Below, one piece after another: positions 25,401 to 39,600 of a stretch of DNA of 64,000 nucleotides. Made by a program: the position numbers and the translations under genes. The notes beneath the pieces were generated by a model. The model was not told the DNA's origin. It ran no database searches and was given only the letters and a program-made list of their open reading frames with translations. How positions within the stretch are numbered: position 1 is the stretch's first letter; every line of letters begins with the position of its first letter. Source of the stretch: Eledone cirrhosa (taxonomy: Eukaryota); NCBI GenBank assembly GCA_964016885.1, contig OZ024743.1:24738001-24802000 (forward strand). Reading direction: 5' to 3'.

Positions 25401-27934
25401 AGTTGGTTCTGTCCCTCCTCAGTCATCCCAACCTTGTTTGCTGTAGTTAACTGTGCTGACAGTTGGTTCTGTCCCTCCTCAGTCATCCCAACCTTGTTTG
25501 CTGTAGTTAACTGTGCTGACAGTTGGTTCTGTCCTTCCTCAGTCATCCCAACCTTGTTTGCTGTAGTTAACTGTGCCGACAGTTGGTTCTGTCCCTCCTC
25601 AGTCATCCCAACCTTGTTTGCTGTAGTTAACTGTGCTGACAGTTGGTTCTGTCCCTCCTCAGTCATCTCAACCTTCTTTGCTGTAGTTAACTGTGCTGAC
25701 AGTTGGTTCTGTCCCTCCTCATTCATCTCAACCTTGTTTGCTGTAGTTAACTGTGCTGACAGTTGGTTCTGTCCCTCCTCAGTCATCCCAACCTTGTTTG
25801 CTGTAGTTAACTGTGCTGACAGTTGGTTCTGTCCCTCCTCAATCATCTAAACCTTGTTTGCTGTAGTTAACTGTGCTGACAGTTGGTTCTGTCCCTCCTC
25901 AGTCATCCCAACCTTGTTTGATATAGTTAACTGTGCTGAAAGTTGGTTCTGTCCCGCCTCAGTCATCCCAACCTTGTTTGCTGTAGTTAACTGTGCTGAC
26001 AGTTGGTTCTGTCCCTCCTCAATCATCCCAACCTTGTTTGATGTAGTTAACTGTGCTGACAGTTGGTTCTGTCCCTCCTCAGTCATCCCAACCTTGTTTG
26101 CTGTAGTTAACTGTGCTGAGACTTGGTTCTGTCCCTCCTCAGTCATCCCAACCTTGTTTGCTGTAGTTAACTGTGCTGACAGTTGGTTCTGTCCCTCCTC
26201 AGTCATCTCAACCTTGTTTGCTGTAGTTAACTGTGCTGACAGTTGGTTCTGTCCCTCCTCAGTCATCTCAACCTTGTTTGCTGTAGTTAACTGTGCTGAC
26301 AGTTGGTTCTGTCCCTCCTCAGTCATCCCAACCTTGTTTGCTGTAGTTAACAGTGCTGACAGTTGGTTCTGTCCCTCCTCAGTCATCCCAACCTTGTTTG
26401 CTTTAGTTAACAGTGCTGACAGTTGGTTCTGTCCCTCCTCAGTCATCCCAACCTTGTTTGCTGTAGGTAACTGTGCTGACAGTTGGTTCTGTCCCTCCTC
26501 AGTCATCCCAACCTTGTTTGCTGTAGTTAACAGTGCTGACAGTTGGTTCTGTCCCTCCTCAGTCATCTCAACCTTGTTTGCTGTAGTTAACTGTGCTGAC
26601 AGTTGGTTCTGTCCCTCCTCAGTCATCCCAACCTTGTTTGCTGTAGTTAACAGTGCTGACAGTTGGTTCTGTCCCTCCTCAGTCATCCCAACATTGTTTG
26701 CTGTAGTTAACTGAGCTGACAGTTGGTTCTGTCCCTCCTCAGTCATCTCAATCTTGTTTGCTGTAGTTAACTGGGCTGACAGTTGGTTCTGTCCCTCCTC
26801 AGTCATCTCAACCTTCTTTGCTGTAGTTAACTGTGCTGACAGTTGGTTCTGTCCCTCCTCAGTCATCTCTACCTTGTTTGCTGTAGTTAACTGTGCTGAC
26901 AGTTGGTTCTGTCCCTCCTCAGTCATCCCAACCTTGTTTGCTGTAGTTAACTGTGCTGACAGTTGGTTCTGTCCCTCCTCAGTCATCCCAACCTTGTTTG
27001 CTGTAGTTAACTGTGCTGACAGTTGGTTCTGTCCCTCCTCAGTCATCCCAACCTTGTTTGCTGTAGTTAACAGTGCTGACAGATGGTTCTGTCCCTCCTC
27101 AGTCATCCCAACATTGTTTGCTGTAGTTAACTGTGCTGACAGTTGGTTCTGTCCCTCCTCAGTCATCTCAATCTTGTTTGCTGTAGTTAACTGGGCTGAC
27201 AGTTGGTTCTGTCCCTCCTCAGTCATCTCAACCTTCTTTGCTGTAGTTAACTGTGCTGACAGTTGGTTCTGTCCCTCCTCAGTCATCTCTACCTTGTTTG
27301 CTGTAGTTAACTGTGCTGACAGTTGGTTCTGTCCCTCCTCAGTCATCCCAACCTTGTTTGCTGTAGTTAACTGTGCTGACAGTTGGTTCTGTCCCTCCTC
27401 AGTCATCCCAACCTTGTTTGCTGTAGTTAACTGTGCTGACAGTTGGTTCTGTCCCTCCTCAGTCATCCCAACCTTGTTTGCTGTAGTTAACTGTGCTGAC
27501 AGTTGGTTCTGTCCCTCCTCAGTCATCCCAACCTTGTTTGCTGTAGTTAACTGTGCTGACAGTTGGTTCTGTCCCTCCTCAGTCATCCCAACCTTGTTTG
27601 CTGTAGTTAACTGTGCTGACAGTTGGTTCTGTCCTTCCTCAGTCATCCCAACCTTGTTTGCTGTAGTTAACTGTGACGACAGTTGGTTCTGTCCCTCCTC
27701 AGTCATCTCAACCTTCTTTGCTGTAGTTAACTGTGCTGACAGTTGGTTCTGTCCCTCCTCATTCATCTCAACCTTGTTTGCTGTAGTTAACTGTGCTGAC
27801 AGTTGGTTCTGTCCCTCCTCAGTCATCCCAACCTTGTTTGCTGTAGTTAACTGTGCTGACAGTTGGTTCTGTCCCTCCTCAATCATCTAAACCTTGTTTG
27901 CTGTAGTTAACTGTGCTGACAGTTGGTTCTGTCC
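22490..27934 (+). repeat. Tandem higher-order duplication, period exactly 2,700 bp (45 monomers)
   Basis: Private variants occur only in these two copies: GAGACT (lines 23401/26101), GTAGGTAA (23761/26461), CTGAGC (24001/26701), TGTGACGAC (24961/27661). ORFs 23147..25186 and 25847..27886 translate identically. Confidence 0.93.
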
Positions 27935-30629
27935 CTCCTCAGTCATCCCAACCTTGTTTGATATAGTTAACTGTGCTGAAAGTTGGTTCTGTCCCGCCTC
28001 AGTCATCCCAACCTTGTTTGCTGTAGTTAACTGTGCTGACAGTTGGTTCTGTCCCTCCTCAATCATCCCAACCTTGTTTGATGTAGTTAACTGTGCTGAC
28101 AGTTGGTTCTGTCCCTCCTCAGTCATCCCAACCTTGTTTGCTGTAGTTAACTGTGCTGAGAGTTGGTTCTGTCCCTCCTCAGTCATCCCAACCTTGTTTG
28201 CTGTAGTTAACTGTGCTGACAGTTGGTTCTGTCCCTCCTCAGTCATCTCAACCTTGTTTGCTGTAGTTAACTGTGCTGACAGTTGGTTCTGTCCCTCCTC
28301 AGTCATCTCAACCTTGTTTGCTGTAGTTAACTGTGCTGACAGTTGGTTCTGTCCCTCCTCAGTCATCCCAACCTTGTTTGCTGTAGTTAACAGTGCTGAC
28401 AGTTGGTTCTGTCCCTCGTCAGTCATCCCAACCTTGTTTGCTTTAGTTAACAGTGCTGACAGTTGGTTCTGTCCCTCCTCAGTCATCCCAACCTTGTTTG
28501 CTGTAGTTAACTGTGCTGACAGTTGGTTCTGTCCCTCCTCAGTCATCCCAACCTTGTTTGCTGTAGTTAACAGTGCTGACAGTTGGTTCTGTCCCTCCTC
28601 AGTCATCCCAACCTTGTTTGCTGTAGTTAACAGTGCTGACAGTTGGTTCTGTCCCTCCTCAGTCATCCCAACATTGTTTGCTGTAGTTAACTGTGCTGAC
28701 AGTTGGTTCTGTCCCTCCTCAGTCATCTCAATCTTGTTTGCTGTAGTTAACTGGGCTGACAGTTGGTTCTGTCCCTCCTCAGTCATCTCAACCTTCTTTG
28801 CTGTAGTTAACTGTGCTGACAGTTGGTTCTGTCCCTCCTCAGTCATCTCTACCTTGTTTGCTGTAGTTAACTGTGCTGACAGTTGGTTCTGTCCCTCCTC
28901 AGTCATCCCAACCTTGTTTGCTGTAGTTAACTGTGCTGACAGTTGGTTCTGTCCCTCCTCAGTCATCCCAACCTTGTTTGCTGTAGTTAACTGTGCTGAC
29001 AGTTGGTTCTGTCCCTCCTCAGTCATCCCAACCTTGTTTGCTGTAGTTAACAGTGCTGACAGATGGTTCTGTCCCTCCTCAGTCATCCCAACATTGTTTG
29101 CTGTAGTTAACTGTGCTGACAGTTGGTTCTGTCCCTCCTCAGTCATCTCAATCTTGTTTACTGTAGTTAACTGGGCTGACAGTTGGTTCTGTCCCTCCTC
29201 AGTCATCTCAACCTTCTTTGCTGTAGTTAACTGTGCTGACAGTTGGTTCTGTCCCTCCTCAGTCATCTCTACCTTGTTTGCTGTAGTTAACTGTGCTGAC
29301 AGTTGGTTCTGTCCCTCCTCAGTCATCCCAACCTTGTTTGCTGTAGTTAACTGTGCTGACAGTTGGTTCTGTCCCTCCTCAGTCATCCCAACCTTGTTTG
29401 CTGTAGTTAACTGTGCTGACAGTTGGTTCTGTCCCTCCTCAGTCATCCCAACCTTGTTTGCTGTAGTTAACTGTGCTGACAGTTGGTTCTGTCCCTCCTC
29501 AGTCATCCCAACCTTGTTTGCTGTAGTTAACTGTGCTGACAGTTGGTTCTGTCCCTCCTCAGTCATCCCAACCTTGTTTGCTGTAGTTAACTGTGTTGAC
29601 AGTTGGTTCTGTCCCTCCTCAGTCATCCCAACCTTGTTTGCTGTATTTAACTGGGCTGACAGTTTGTTCTGTCCCTCCTCAGCCATCCCAACCTTGTTTG
29701 CTGTAGTTAACAGTGCTGACAGTTGGTTCTGTCCCTCATCAGTCATCTCAACCTTGTTTGCTGTAGTTAACTGTGCTGACAGTTGGTTCTGTCCTTCCTC
29801 AGTCATACCAAACCTTGTTTGCTGTAGTTAACTGTGTTGACAGTTGGTTCTGTCCCTCCTCAGTCGTCTCAACCTTGTTTGCAGTAGTTAACTGTGCTGA
29901 CAGTTGGTTCTGTCCCTCCTCAGTCATCCCAACCTTGTTTGCTGTAGTTAACTGTGCTGACAGTTGGTTCTGTCCCTCCTCAGTCATCCCAACCTTGATT
30001 TCTGTAGTTAACTGTGCTGACAGTTGGTTCTGTGCCTCCTCAGTCATCCCAACCTTGTTTACTGTAGTTAACTGTGCTGACAGTTGGTTCTGTCCCTCCT
30101 CAGTCATCCCAACCTTGTTTGCTGTAGTTAACTGTGCTGACAGTTGGTTCTGTCCCTCCTCAGTCATCTCAATCTTGTTTGCTGTAGTTAACTGGGCTGA
30201 CAGTTGGTTCTGTCCCTCCTCAGTCATCTCAACCTTCTTTGCTGTAGTTAACTGTGCTGACAGTTGGTTCTGTCCCTCCTCAGTCATCCCAACCTTGTTT
30301 GCTGTAGTTAACAGTGCGGACAGTTGGTTCTGTCCCTCATCAGTCATCCCAACCTTGTTTGCTGTAGTTAACTGTGCTGACAGTTGGTTCTGTCCCTCCT
30401 CAGTCATCCCAACCTTGTTTGCTGTAGTTAACTGTGCTGACAGTTGGTTCTGTCCCTCCTCAGTCATCCCAACCTTGTTTGCTGTAGTTAACTGTGTTGA
30501 CGGTTGGTTCTGTCTCTCCTCAGTCATCCCAACCTTGTTTGCTGTAGTTAACTGTGCTGACAGTTTGTTCTGTCCCTCTTCAGCCATCCCAACCTTGTTT
30601 GCTGTATTTAACTGGGCTGACAGTTTTTT

Positions 30630-33600
30630 CTGTCCCTCCTCAGCCATCCCAACCTTGTTTGCTGTAGTTAACAGTGCTGACAGTTGGTTCTGTCCCTCAT
30701 CAGTCATCTCAACCTTGTTTGCTGTAGTTAACTGTGCTGACAGTTGGTTCTGTCCTTCCTCAGTCATACCAAACCTTGTTTGCTGTAGTTAACTGTGTTG
30801 ACAGTTGGTTCTGTCCCTCCTCAGTCGTCTCAACCTTGTTTCCTGTAGTTAACTGTGCTGACAGTTGGTTCTGTCCCTCCTCAGTCATCCCAACCTTGTT
30901 TGCTGTAGTTAACTGTGCTGACAGTTGGTTCTGTCCCTCCTCAGTCATCCCAACCTTGTTTACTGTAGTTAACTGTGCTGACGGTTGGTTCTGTCCCTCC
31001 TCAGTCATCTCAACCTTATTTGCTGTAGTTAACTGTGCTGACAGTTTGTTCTGTCCCTCCTCAGTCATCTCAACCTTGTTTGCTGTAGTTAACTGTGCTG
31101 ACAGTTGGTTCTGTCCCTCCTCAGTCATCCCAACCTTGTTTGCTGTAGTTAACTGTGCTGACAGTTGGTTCTGTCCCTCCTCAGTCATCCGAACCTTGTT
31201 TGCTGTAGTTAACTGTGCTGACAGTTGGTTCTGTCCCTCATCAGTCATCCCAACCTTGTTTGCTGTAGTTAACTGTGCTGACAGTTGGTTCTGTCCCTCC
31301 TCAGTCATCCCAAACTTGATTTCTGTAGTTAACTGTGCTGACAGTTGGTTCTGTCTCTCCTCAGTCGTCCCAACCTTGTTTGCTGTAGTTAACTGTGCTG
31401 ACAGTTGGTTCTGTCCTTCCTCAGTCATCCCAACCTTGATTTCTGTAGTTAACTGTGCTGACGGTTGGTTCTGTCCTTCCTCAGTCATCCCAACCTTGAT
31501 TTCTGTAGTTAACTGTGCTGACAGTTGGTTCTGTCCCTCCTCAGTCATCCCAACCTTGATTTCTGTAGTTAACTGTGCTGACAGTTGGTTCTGTCCCTCC
31601 TCAGTCATCCCAACCTTGATTTCTGTAGTTAACTGTGCTGACAGTTGGTTCTGTCCTTCCTCAGTCATCCCAACCTTGATTTCTGTAGTTAACTGTGCTG
31701 ACAGTTGGTTCTGTCCTTCCTCAGTCATCCCAACCTTGATTTCTGTAGTTAACTGTGCTGACAGTTGGTTCTGTCCCTCCTCAGTCATCCCAACCTTGAT
31801 TTCTGTAGTTAACTGTGCTGACAGTTGGTTCTGTCCTTCCTCAGTCATCCCAACCTTGATTTCTGTAGTTAACTGTGCTGACAGTTGGTTCTGTCCCTCC
31901 TCAGTCATCCCAACCTTGATTTCTGTAGTTAACTGTGCTGACAGTTGGTTCTGTCCTTCCTCAGTCATCCCAACCTTGATTTCTGTAGTTAACTGTGCTG
32001 ACAGTTGGTTCTGTCCTTCCTCAGTCATCCCAACCTTGATTTCTGTAGTTAACAGTGCTGACAGTTGGTTCTGTCCCTCCTCAGTCATCCCAACCTTGAT
32101 TTCTGGAGTTAACTGTGCTGACAGTTGGTTCTGTCTCTCCTCTGTCGTCCCAACCTTGTTTGCTGTAGTTAACTGTGCTGACAGTTGGTTCTGTCCTTCC
32201 TCCGTCATCCCAACCTTGTTTGCTGTAGTTAACTGTTCTGACAGTTGGTTCTGTCCCTCCTCAGTCATCCCAACCTTGTTTGCTGTAGTTAACTGTTCTG
32301 ACAGTTGGTTCTGTCCCTCCTCAGTTATCCCAACCTTGTTTGCTGTAGTTAACTGTGCTGACAGTTGGTTCTGTCCCTCCTCAGTCATCCCAACCTTGTT
32401 TGCTGTAGTTAACTGTGCTGACAGTTGGTTCTGTCCCTCCTCAGTCATCCCAACCTTGTTTGCTGTAGTTAACAGTGCTGACAGTTGGTTCTGTCCCTCC
32501 TCAGTCATCCCAACATTGTTTGCTGTAGTTAACTGTGCTGACAGTTGGTTCTGTCCCTCCTCAGTCATCTCAATCTTGTTTGCTGTAGTTAACTGGGCTG
32601 ACAGTTGGTTCTGTCCCTCCTCAGTCATCTCAACCTTCTTTGCTGTAGTTAACTGTGCTGACAGTTGGTTCTGTCCCTCCTCAGTCATCTCTACCTTGTT
32701 TGCTGTAGTTAACTGTGCTGACAGTTGGTTCTGTCCCTCCTCAGTCATCCCAACCTTGTTTGCTGTAGTTAACTGTGCTGACAGTTGGTTCTGTCCCTCC
32801 TCAGTCATCCCAACCTTGTTTGCTGTAGTTAACTGTGCTGACAGTTGGTTCTGTCCCTCCTCAGTCATCCCAACCTTGTTTGCTGTAGTTAACTGTGCTG
32901 ACAGTTGGTTCTGTCCCTCCTCAGTCATCCCAACCTTGTTTGCTGTAGTTAACTGTGCTGACAGTTGGTTCTGTCCCTCCTCAGTCATCCCAACCTTGTT
33001 TGCTGTAGTTAACTGTGTTGACAGATGGTTCTGTCCCTCCTCAGTCATCCCAACCTTGTTTGCTGTATTTAACTGGGCTGACAGTTTGTTCTGTCCCTCC
33101 TCAGCCATCCCAACCTTGTTTGCTGTAGTTAACAGTGCTGACAGTTGGTTCTGTCCCTCATCAGTCATCTCAACCTTGTTTGCTGTAGTTAACTGTGCTG
33201 ACAGTTGGTTCTGTCCTTCCTCAGTCATACCAAACCTTGTTTGCTGTAGTTAACTGTGTTGACAGTTGGTTCTGTCCCTCCTCAGTCGTCTCAACCTTGT
33301 TTGCTGTAGTTAACTGTGCTGACAGTTGGTTCTGTCCCTCCTCAGTCATCCCAACCTTGTTTGCTGTAGTTAACTGTGCTGACAGTTGGTTCTGTCCCTC
33401 CTCAGTCATCCCAACCTTGATTTCTGTAGTTAACTGTGCTGACAGTTGGTTCTGTGCCTCCTCAGTCATCCCAACCTTGTTTACTGTAGTTAACTGTGCT
33501 GACAGTTGGTTCTGTCCCTCCTCAGTCATCCCAACCTTGTTTGCTGTAGTTAACTGTGCTGACAGTTGGTTCTGTCCCTCCTCAGTCATCTCAATCTTGT

Positions 33601-36600
33601 TTGCTGTAGTTAACTGGGCTGACAGTTGGTTCTGTCCCTCCTCAGTCATCCCAACCTTCTTTGCTGTAGTTAACTATGCTGACAGTTGGTTCTGTCCCTC
33701 CTCAGTCATCTCTACCTTGTTTGCTGTAGTTAACTGTGCTGACAGTTGGTTCTGTCCCTCCTCAGTCATCCCAACCTTGTTTGCTGTAGTTAACAGTGCG
33801 GACAGTTGGTTCTGTCCCTCATCAGTCATCCCAACCTTGTTTGCTGTAGTTAACTGTGCTGACAGTTGGTTCTGTCCCTCCTCAGTCATCCCAACCTTGT
33901 TTGCTGTAGTTAACTGTGCTGACAGTTGGTTCTGTCCCTCCTCAGTCATCCCAACCTTGTTTGCCGTAGTTAACTGTGTTGACGGTTGGTTCTGTCTCTC
34001 CTCAGTCATCCCAACCTTGTTTGCTGTAGTTAACTGTGCTGACAGTTTGTTCTGTCCCTCTTCAGCCATCCCAACCTTGTTTGCTGTATTTAACTGGGCT
34101 GACAGTTTTTTCTGTCCCTCCTCAGCCATCCCAACCTTGTTTGCTGTAGTTAACAGTGCTGACAGTTGGTTCTGTCCCTCATCAGTCATCTCAACCTTGT
34201 TTGCTGTAGTTAACTGTGCTGACAGTTGGTTCTGTCCTTCCTCAGTCATACCAAACCTTGTTTGCTGTAGTTAACTGTGTTGACAGTTGGTTCTGTCCCT
34301 CCTCAGTCGTCTCAACCTTGTTTCCTGTAGTTAACTGTGCTGACAGTTGGTTCTGTCCCTCCTCAGTCATCCCAACCTTGTTTACTGTAGTTAACTGTGC
34401 TGACGGTTGGTTCTGTCCCTCCTCAGTCATCCCAACCTTGTTTGCTGTAGTTAACTGTGCTGACAGTTGGTTCTGTCCCTCCTCAGTCATCCCAACCTTG
34501 TTTGCTGTAGTTAACTGTTCTGACAGTTGGTTCTGTCCTTCCTCAGTCATCCCAACCTTGTTTGCTGTAGTTAACTGTTCTGACAGTTGGTTCTGTCCCT
34601 CCTCAGTCATCCCAACCTTGTTTGCTGTAGTTAACTGTGCTGACAGTTGGTTCTGTCCCTCATCAGTCATCCCAACCTTGTTTGCTGTAGTTAACTGTGC
34701 TGACAGTTGGTTCTGTCCCTCCTCAGTCATCCCAAACTTGATTTCTGTAGTTAACTGTGCTGACAGTTGGTTCTGTCTCTCCTCAGTCGTCCCAACCTTG
34801 TTTGCTGTAGTTAACTGTGCTGACAGTTGGTTCTGTCCTTCCTCAGTCATCCCAACCTTGATTTCTGTAGTTAACTGTGCTGACGGTTGGTTCTGTCCTT
34901 CCTCAGTCATCCCAACCTTGATTTCTGTAGTTAACTGTGCTGACAGTTGGTTCTGTCCTTCCTCAGTCATCCCAACCTTGATTTCTGTAGTTAACTGTGC
35001 TGACAGTTGGTTCTGTCCCTCCTCAGTCATCCCAACCTTGATTTCTGTAGTTAACTGTGCTGACAGTTGGTTCTGTCCTTCCTCAGTCATCCCAACCTTG
35101 ATTTCTGTAGTTAACTGTGCTGACAGTTGGTTCTGTCCTTCCTCAGTCATCCCAACCTTGATTTCTGTAGTTAACTGTGCTGACAGTTGGTTCTGTCCCT
35201 CCTCAGTCATCCCAACCTTGATTTCTGTAGTTAACTGTGCTGACAGTTGGTTCTGTCCTTCCTCAGTCATCCCAACCTTGATTTCTGTACTTAACTGTGC
35301 TGACAGTTGGTTCTGTCCCTCCTCAGTCATCCCAACCTTGTTTGCTGTAGTTAACTGTGTTGACGGTTGGTTCTGTCCCTCCTCAGTCATCCCAACCTTG
35401 TTTGCTGTAGTTAACTGTGCTGACAGTTTGTTCTGTCCCTCTTCAGCCATCCCAACCTTGTTTGCTGTATTTAACTGGGCTGACAGTTTGTTCTGTCCCT
35501 CCTCAGCCATCCCAACCTTGTTTGCTGTAGTTAACAGTGCTGACAGTTGGTTCTGTCCCTCATCAGTCATCTCAACCTTGTTTGCTGTAGTTAACTCTGC
35601 TGACAGTTGGTTCTGTCCCTCCTCAGTCATACCAAACCTTGTTTGCTGTAGTTAACTGTGCTGACAGTTGGTTCTGTCCCTCCTCAGTCATCCCAACCTT
35701 GTTTGCTGTAGTTAACTGTGCTGACAGTTGGTTCTGTCCCTCCTCAGTCATCCCAACCTTGTTTGCTGTAGTTAACTGTGCTGACAGTTGGTTCTGTCCC
35801 TCCTCAGTCATCCCAACCTTGTTTGCTGTAGTTAACTGTGCTGACAGTTGGTTCTGTCCCTCCTCAGTCATCCCAACCTTGTTTGCTGTAGTTAACTGTG
35901 CTGACAGTTGGTTCTGTCCCTCCTCAGTCATCCCAACCTTGTTTGCTGTAGTTAACTGTGTTGACAGATGGTTCTGTCCCTCCTCAGTCATCCCAACCTT
36001 GTTTGCTGTATTTAACTGGGCTGACAGTTTGTTCTGTCCCTCCTCAGCCATCCCAACCTTGTTTGCTGTAGTTAACAGTGCTGACAGTTGGTTCTGTCCC
36101 TCATCAGTCATCTCAACCTTGTTTGCTGTAGTTAACTGTGCTGACAGTTGGTTCTGTCCTTCCTCAGTCATACCAAACCTTGTTTGCTGTAGTTAACTGT
36201 GTTGACAGTTGGTTCTGTCCCTCCTCAGTCGTCTCAACCTTGTTTGCTGTAGTTAACTGTGCTGACAGTTGGTTCTGTCCCTCCTCAGTCATCCCAACCT
36301 TGTTTGCTGTAGTTAACTGTGCTGACAGTTGGTTCTGTCCCTCCTCAGTCATCCCAACCTTGATTTCTGTAGTTAACTGTGCTGACAGTTGGTTCTGTGC
36401 CTCCTCAGTCATCCCAACCTTGTTTACTGTAGTTAACTGTGCTGACAGTTGGTTCTGTCCCTCCTCAGTCATCCCAACCTTGTTTGCTGTAGTTAACTGT
36501 GCTGACAGTTGGTTCTGTCCCTCCTCAGTCATCTCAATCTTGTTTGCTGTAGTTAACTGGGCTGACAGTTGGTTCTGTCCATCCTCAGTCATCTCAACCT

Positions 36601-39600
36601 TCTTTGCTGTAGTTAACTATGCTGACAGTTGGTTCTGTCCCTCCTCAGTCATCTCTACCTTGTTTGCTGTAGTTAACTGTGCTGACAGTTGGTTCTGTCC
36701 CTCCTCAGCCATCCCAACCTTGTTTGCTGTAGTTAACAGTGCTGACAGTTGGTTCTGTCCCTCATCAGTCATCTCAACCTTGTTTGCTGTAGTTAACTGT
36801 GCTGACAGTTGGTTCTGTCCTTCCTCAGTCATACCAAACCTTGTTTGCTGTAGTTAACTGTGTTGACAGTTGGTTCTGTCCCTCCTCAGTCGTCTCAACC
36901 TTGTTTCCTGTAGTTAACTGTGCTGACAGTTGGTTCTGTCCCTCCTCAGTCATCCCAACCTTGTTTGCTGTAGTTAACTGTGCTGACAGTTGGTTCTGTC
37001 CCTCCTCAGTCATCCCAACCTTGTTTACTGTAGTTAACTGTGCTGACGGTTGGTTCTGTCCCTCCTCAGTCATCTCAACCTTATTTGCTGTAGTTAACTG
37101 TGCTGACAGTTTGTTCTGTCCCTCCTCAGTCATCTCAACCTTGTTTGCTGTAGTTAACTGTGCTGACAGTTGGTTCTGTCCCTCCTCAGTCATCCCAACC
37201 TTGTTTGCTGTAGTTAACTGTGCTGACAGTTGGTTCTGTCCCTCCTCAGTCATCCGAACCTTGTTTGCTGTAGTTAACTGTGCTGACAGTTGGTTCTGTC
37301 CCTCATCAGTCATCCCAACCTTGTTTGCTGTAGTTAACTGTGCTGACAGTTGGTTCTGTCCCTCCTCAGTCATCCCAAACTTGATTTCTGTAGTTAACTG
37401 TGCTGACAGTTGGTTCTGTCTCTCCTCAGTCGTCCCAACCTTGTTTGCTGTAGTTAACTGTGCTGACAGTTGGTTCTGTCCTTCCTCAGTCATCCCAACC
37501 TTGATTTCTGTAGTTAACTGTGCTGACGGTTGGTTCTGTCCTTCCTCAGTCATCCCAACCTTGATTTCTGTAGTTAACTGTGCTGACAGTTGGTTCTGTC
37601 CCTCCTCAGTCATCCCAACCTTGATTTCTGTAGTTAACTGTGCTGACAGTTGGTTCTGTCCCTCCTCAGTCATCCCAACCTTGATTTCTGTAGTTAACTG
37701 TGCTGACAGTTGGTTCTGTCCTTCCTCAGTCATCCCAACCTTGATTTCTGTAGTTAACTGTGCTGACAGTTGGTTCTGTCCTTCCTCAGTCATCCCAACC
37801 TTGATTTCTGTAGTTAACTGTGCTGACAGTTGGTTCTGTCCCTCCTCAGTCATCCCAACCTTGATTTCTGTAGTTAACTGTGCTGACAGTTGGTTCTGTC
37901 CTTCCTCAGTCATCCCAACCTTGATTTCTGTAGTTAACTGTGCTGACAGTTGGTTCTGTCCCTCCTCAGTCATCCCAACCTTGATTTCTGTAGTTAACTG
38001 TGCTGACAGTTGGTTCTGTCCTTCCTCAGTCATCCCAACCTTGATTTCTGTAGTTAACTGTGCTGACAGTTGGTTCTGTCCTTCCTCAGTCATCCCAACC
38101 TTGATTTCTGTAGTTAACAGTGCTGACAGTTGGTTCTGTCCCTCCTCAGTCATCCCAACCTTGATTTCTGGAGTTAACTGTGCTGACAGTTGGTTCTGTC
38201 TCTCCTCTGTCGTCCCAACCTTGTTTGCTGTAGTTAACTGTGCTGACAGTTGGTTCTGTCCTTCCTCCGTCATCCCAACCTTGTTTGCTGTAGTTAACTG
38301 TTCTGACAGTTGGTTCTGTCCCTCCTCAGTCATCCCAACCTTGTTTGCTGTAGTTAACTGTTCTGACAGTTGGTTCTGTCCCTCCTCAGTTATCCCAACC
38401 TTGTTTGCTGTAGTTAACTGTGCTGACAGTTGGTTCTGTCCCTCCTCAGTCATCCCAACCTTGTTTGCTGTAGTTAACTGTGCTGACAGTTGGTTCTGTC
38501 CCTCCTCAGTCATCCCAACCTTGTTTGCTGTAGTTAACAGTGCTGACAGTTGGTTCTGTCCCTCCTCAGTCATCCCAACATTGTTTGCTGTAGTTAACTG
38601 TGCTGACAGTTGGTTCTGTCCCTCCTCAGTCATCTCAATCTTGTTTGCTGTAGTTAACTGGGCTGACAGTTGGTTCTGTCCCTCCTCAGTCATCTCAACC
38701 TTCTTTGCTGTAGTTAACTGTGCTGACAGTTGGTTCTGTCCCTCCTCAGTCATCTCTACCTTGTTTGCTGTAGTTAACTGTGCTGACAGTTGGTTCTGTC
38801 CCTCCTCAGTCATCCCAACCTTGTTTGCTGTAGTTAACTGTGCTGACAGTTGGTTCTGTCCCTCCTCAGTCATCCCAACCTTGTTTGCTGTAGTTAACTG
38901 TGCTGACAGTTGGTTCTGTCCCTCCTCAGTCATCCCAACCTTGTTTGCTGTAGTTAACTGTGCTGACAGTTGGTTCTGTCCCTCCTCAGTCATCCCAACC
39001 TTGTTTGCTGTAGTTAACTGTGCTGACAGTTGGTTCTGTCCCTCCTCAGTCATCCCAACCTTGTTTGCTGTAGTTAACTGTGTTGACAGATGGTTCTGTC
39101 CCTCCTCAGTCATCCCAACCTTGTTTGCTGTATTTAACTGGGCTGACAGTTTGTTCTGTCCCTCCTCAGCCATCCCAACCTTGTTTGCTGTAGTTAACAG
39201 TGCTGACAGTTGGTTCTGTCCCTCATCAGTCATCTCAACCTTGTTTGCTGTAGTTAACTGTGCTGACAGTTGGTTCTGTCCTTCCTCAGTCATACCAAAC
39301 CTTGTTTGCTGTAGTTAACTGTGTTGACAGTTGGTTCTGTCCCTCCTCAGTCGTCTCAACCTTGTTTGCTGTAGTTAACTGTGCTGACAGTTGGTTCTGT
39401 CCCTCCTCAGTCATCCCAACCTTGTTTGCTGTAGTTAACTGTGCTGACAGTTGGTTCTGTCCCTCCTCAGTCATCCCAACCTTGATTTCTGTAGTTAACT
39501 GTGCTGACAGTTGGTTCTGTGCCTCCTCAGTCATCCCAACCTTGTTTACTGTAGTTAACTGTGCTGACAGTTGGTTCTGTCCCTCCTCAGTCATCCCAAC

